NCBI GenBank assembly: GCA_002269645.1
Contig: NIVC01000903.1
Location: 486,885 to 550,884, forward strand
Direction: 5' to 3'
Origin: Macrostomum lignano
Taxonomy: Eukaryota
Length of the DNA: 64,000 bases
Shown: positions 61,178 through 64,000 of the stretch, piece by piece
Layout: every line of letters begins with the position of its first letter
Position numbering within the stretch: the first letter of the stretch is position 1
Position numbers and translations under genes: made by a program
Notes under the pieces: generated by a model
Database searches by the model: none
Told to the model about the DNA's origin: nothing
What the model saw: the letters and a program-made list of their open reading frames with translations, nothing else

Positions 61178-63437
61178 ATGACAGACTCAGCAGAGTCGGC
61201 TGCGCTCCGCCAGCTCGAGCAGCTCCGTCGGCAGAGCCGTAACCTGCTAGCCGAGCTGCGCCCGCGGTCTACTGCTGGCCCGTCCTCTGCCGACCGGCTG
61301 CTCAGCGACGTCGGGAATCTCCGACCAGCGGCGCCGGTGCCGGAAGCGGAAGCGGCCGAACGGGCCAAACGGCTGCACAGGCGAGCCCTGCCCAAGGCGG
61401 GCAGTCGGAGCGAGCTGGACCGCACCAGGGCCAATTTAGCTTTGCGATCAGCTGACGGCCTTGGCTACGACTGGATGATGAGCTCGTTGGAGAACTGCGG
61501 CGCCGCTGGCGGCGTCTTGGGCAACGACATCGGCGTAGACAGGTACGACGTGCTTCGCCAGGAGCACTCCGAGCTGCTGCAGCGGGTACTGCAGTTTCGT
61601 AAAACTTACCGCAACGAGTGCATCAGCGATTCTTACCGGCACGAGCACCTGGATGAGCAGGCGCTGCGCCGGCTGAAAGACCTGCTGCCCGGCTCGGCGC
61701 CTGGAGACGAGGATTCTGATCCCGTGAGTCTGGGGGGTTGCGACTCGAAGTCTGTTAATGGTGTATCATAAATGCCTAAATGTAGCCACAGTCCCTCAGT
61801 CTCCGGATCCCAACTGGCTACAGTCCCTCAGTCTCCGGATCCCAACTGGCTACAGTCCCTCAGTCTCAGGATCCCAACTGTACTCGTAGCTACAGTCCCT
61901 TAGTCTCCGGATCCCAACTGTACTCGTAGCTACAGTCCCTCAGTCTCAGGATCCCAACTGTAGCTACAGTCCCTCAGTCTCCGGATCCCAACTGTAGCTA
62001 CAGTCCCTCAGTCTCAGGATCCCAACTGGCTACAGTCCCTCAGTCTCCGGATCCCAACTGTAGCTACAGTCCTTCAGTCTCCGGATCTCAACTGTAGCTA
62101 CAGTCCCTCAGTCTCAGGATCCCAGCTGTACTCGTTGCTACAGTCCCTCAATCTCAGATCCAACTGTAGCTACAGTCCCCAGTCTCAGGATCCCAACTGT
62201 AGCTACAGTCCCTCAGTCTCAGGATCCCAACTGTAGCTACAGTCCCTCAGTCTCTGGATCCCAGCTGTACTCGTTGCTACAGTCCCTCAATCTCAGATCT
62301 CAACTGTAGCTACAGTCCCCCAGTCTCAGGATCCCAACTGTAGCTACAGTCCCTCAGTCTCAGATCCCAACTGTAGCCACAGTCCCTCAGTCTCAGATCC
62401 CAACTGTAGCTACAGTCCCTCAGTCTCTGGATCCCAACTGTAGCTACAGTCCCTCAGTCTCAGATCCAACTGTAGCTACAGTCCCTCAGTCTCAGATCCC
62501 AACTGTAGCTACAGTCCCTCAGTCTCTGATCCCAACTGTAGCTAAGCTACAGTCCCTCAGTCTCTGGATCCCAACTGTACTCGTTGCTACAGTCCCTCAG
62601 TCTCAGATCTCAACTGTAGCTACAGTCCCCAGTCTCAGATCCCAACTGTAGCTACAGTCCCTCAGTCTCAGATCCCAACTGCTAGCTACAGTCCCTCAGT
62701 CTCAGATCCCAACTGTAGCTACAGTCCCTCAGTCTCAGATCCAACTGTAGCTACAGTCCCAGTCTCAGATCCCAACTGTAGCTACAGTCCCTCAGTCTCA
62801 GATCCCAACTGTAGCCACAGTCCCTCAGTCTCAGATCCCAACTGTAGCTACAGTCCCTCAGTCTCTGGATCCCAACTGTAGCCACAGTCCCTCAGTCTCA
62901 GATCCCAACTGTAGCTACAGTCCCTCAGTCTCTGGATCCCAACTGTAGCTACAGTCCCTCAGCCTCAGATCTCAACTACTTTCAAAAGTCTCTAAATCAG
63001 CCCAAATTGCCAATTTGCTATCATCAGTAGTCAGTAGTCATAGCTCTTACGCTTCAATACCTGACAACTGTTCACCGAAGGCCACCGGGCCGCAGGCGCG
63101 ACCGTCCTCGCCGCCGGCCGGCCCGCCAGTGTACGCCTACACGGTGAACGAGCGCCTGTTCCCGGTGCCGCTAAATCTGGACACGGTGTTCCGCCAGCCG
63201 CCTAGCAAAGACTCGCCAGCCGTTGTCCAAGTCAGCATACCCTACGGCCGGGTCAAAGCGCCGTCCAAAGTGCTGAAGCCGCCGTCATCAGCTAGGACTT
63301 CCTTGACGGCCTCCACTAGCGGCCAGGGTTCGGCGGCGGCTGACACAATGTCGCTGCACAGCCACTGCGCTCCGGGTTACCGCCTGCGGCCGCCCGATCC
63401 GACCGCCCGCCAGCCGAGCCCGCGGCCCTGCAGCTAA
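61178..63437 (+). CDS. MIIP: Migration and invasion inhibitory protein (MIIP)-like; join(61178..61723,63096..63437), about 295 aa (C-terminus may continue in another frame to 63766)
   Basis: LGYDWM, LQFRKTYRNECIS, YAYTVNERLFPVP, VQVSIP and DTMSLHSHCAPGY correspond in order to recalled MIIP motifs (LGYDWI, LQEFRETNKEECI, YCYRVNRRLFPVP, VRVSIP, DTLALPRHCLLGW). Donor CCC|GTGAGT at 61723. The phase-0 acceptor is at 63095 or alternatively 63080. Confidence 0.75.
61783..62978. repeat. About 33-bp minisatellite filling MIIP intron 1
   Basis: Unit ctacagtccctcagtctcagatcccaactgtag, with length variants. Confidence 0.95.
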
Positions 63438-64000
63438 CTAGCGGCGGCGGCAGACGGGCGTGGCGCCGGCCGCAGACCTACCGGGAGGCCATCGAGCTGG
63501 TGCGCGGGCCGCAGCCTGCCGGCATGGGCGGGCTTGCGCCGCAGCCAGGACTGGCAGCCAATCAGATCGCTTCAGCTGATAGCCGAGGCGGCGGCGGCAG
63601 CGGCCGGCCAGCAACGGATCGCGCCGTCCGGGAGGGCATCCAAGCCCGGATGCGGCATCTGCCGACGGCTGTGAAACGACCAGACGATCTGACAGACGTG
63701 CGTGCTGAGCTGACCCACAATCTGATTGTTCCGTTAGCTATTCATTCCAATTTGGTCGAAGGTTAACTGTAGTGTCTTGATAATTCACCTCTAGCTGAAA
63801 CATTGTGGCGATGCTTTTTAATCACAAAATTATATACTCGTATTTGCCTCTTCAATAAATCTCTTCGCCTTTTTATTTCGTAAAAATATATAAAACTCAA
63901 GCTTAATACATTAATCAGTTGGAGTTTAAATTGTCTTGAATTTATTATCTACAAAGAATTGGTAAAATAGTTGTAAAAAAGCAGAGCGTCTACTTTTGTT

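Overview
AT-rich animal genomic DNA with GC-rich, low-complexity (poly-Ala/Gly/Gln/Pro) exons. The composition and the density of minisatellites suggest the free-living flatworm Macrostomum, but this is an inference. Six spliced protein-coding genes can be rebuilt with phase-consistent GT-AG junctions: DCAF6 (-, 5 exons), a DUSP8/16-type MAPK phosphatase (+, at least 6 exons), a synaptotagmin-like TM-C2-C2 protein (-, 3 exons), a KHDRBS/Sam68-type STAR protein (+, 2 coding exons, apparent 1-nt frameshift), PSMD11/Rpn6 (+, 3 exons) and MIIP (+, 2 exons, possible frameshifted tail). Mobile DNA comprises one intact DD34D mariner, one decayed mariner with a MITE inserted at its start codon, a long-TIR mariner derivative, an internally deleted Tc1, several 8-bp-TSD MITEs, tRNA-head and CORE SINE fragments and a LINE endonuclease relic. 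About 15 mutually unrelated tandem arrays cover roughly 12 kb, and many fill introns. Best leads: (1) an unannotated in-phase alternative exon in the phosphatase gene that would replace or break the rhodanese/KIM domain and add a JIP1/MKP5-like docking motif; (2) intron-resident minisatellite inflation; (3) an orphan histone-type 3' stem-loop; (4) a sharp GC3 switch inside single genes. No prokaryotic-type system, CRISPR array, rRNA or intact tRNA gene was found. All coordinates were counted by hand, and repeat boundaries are approximate.
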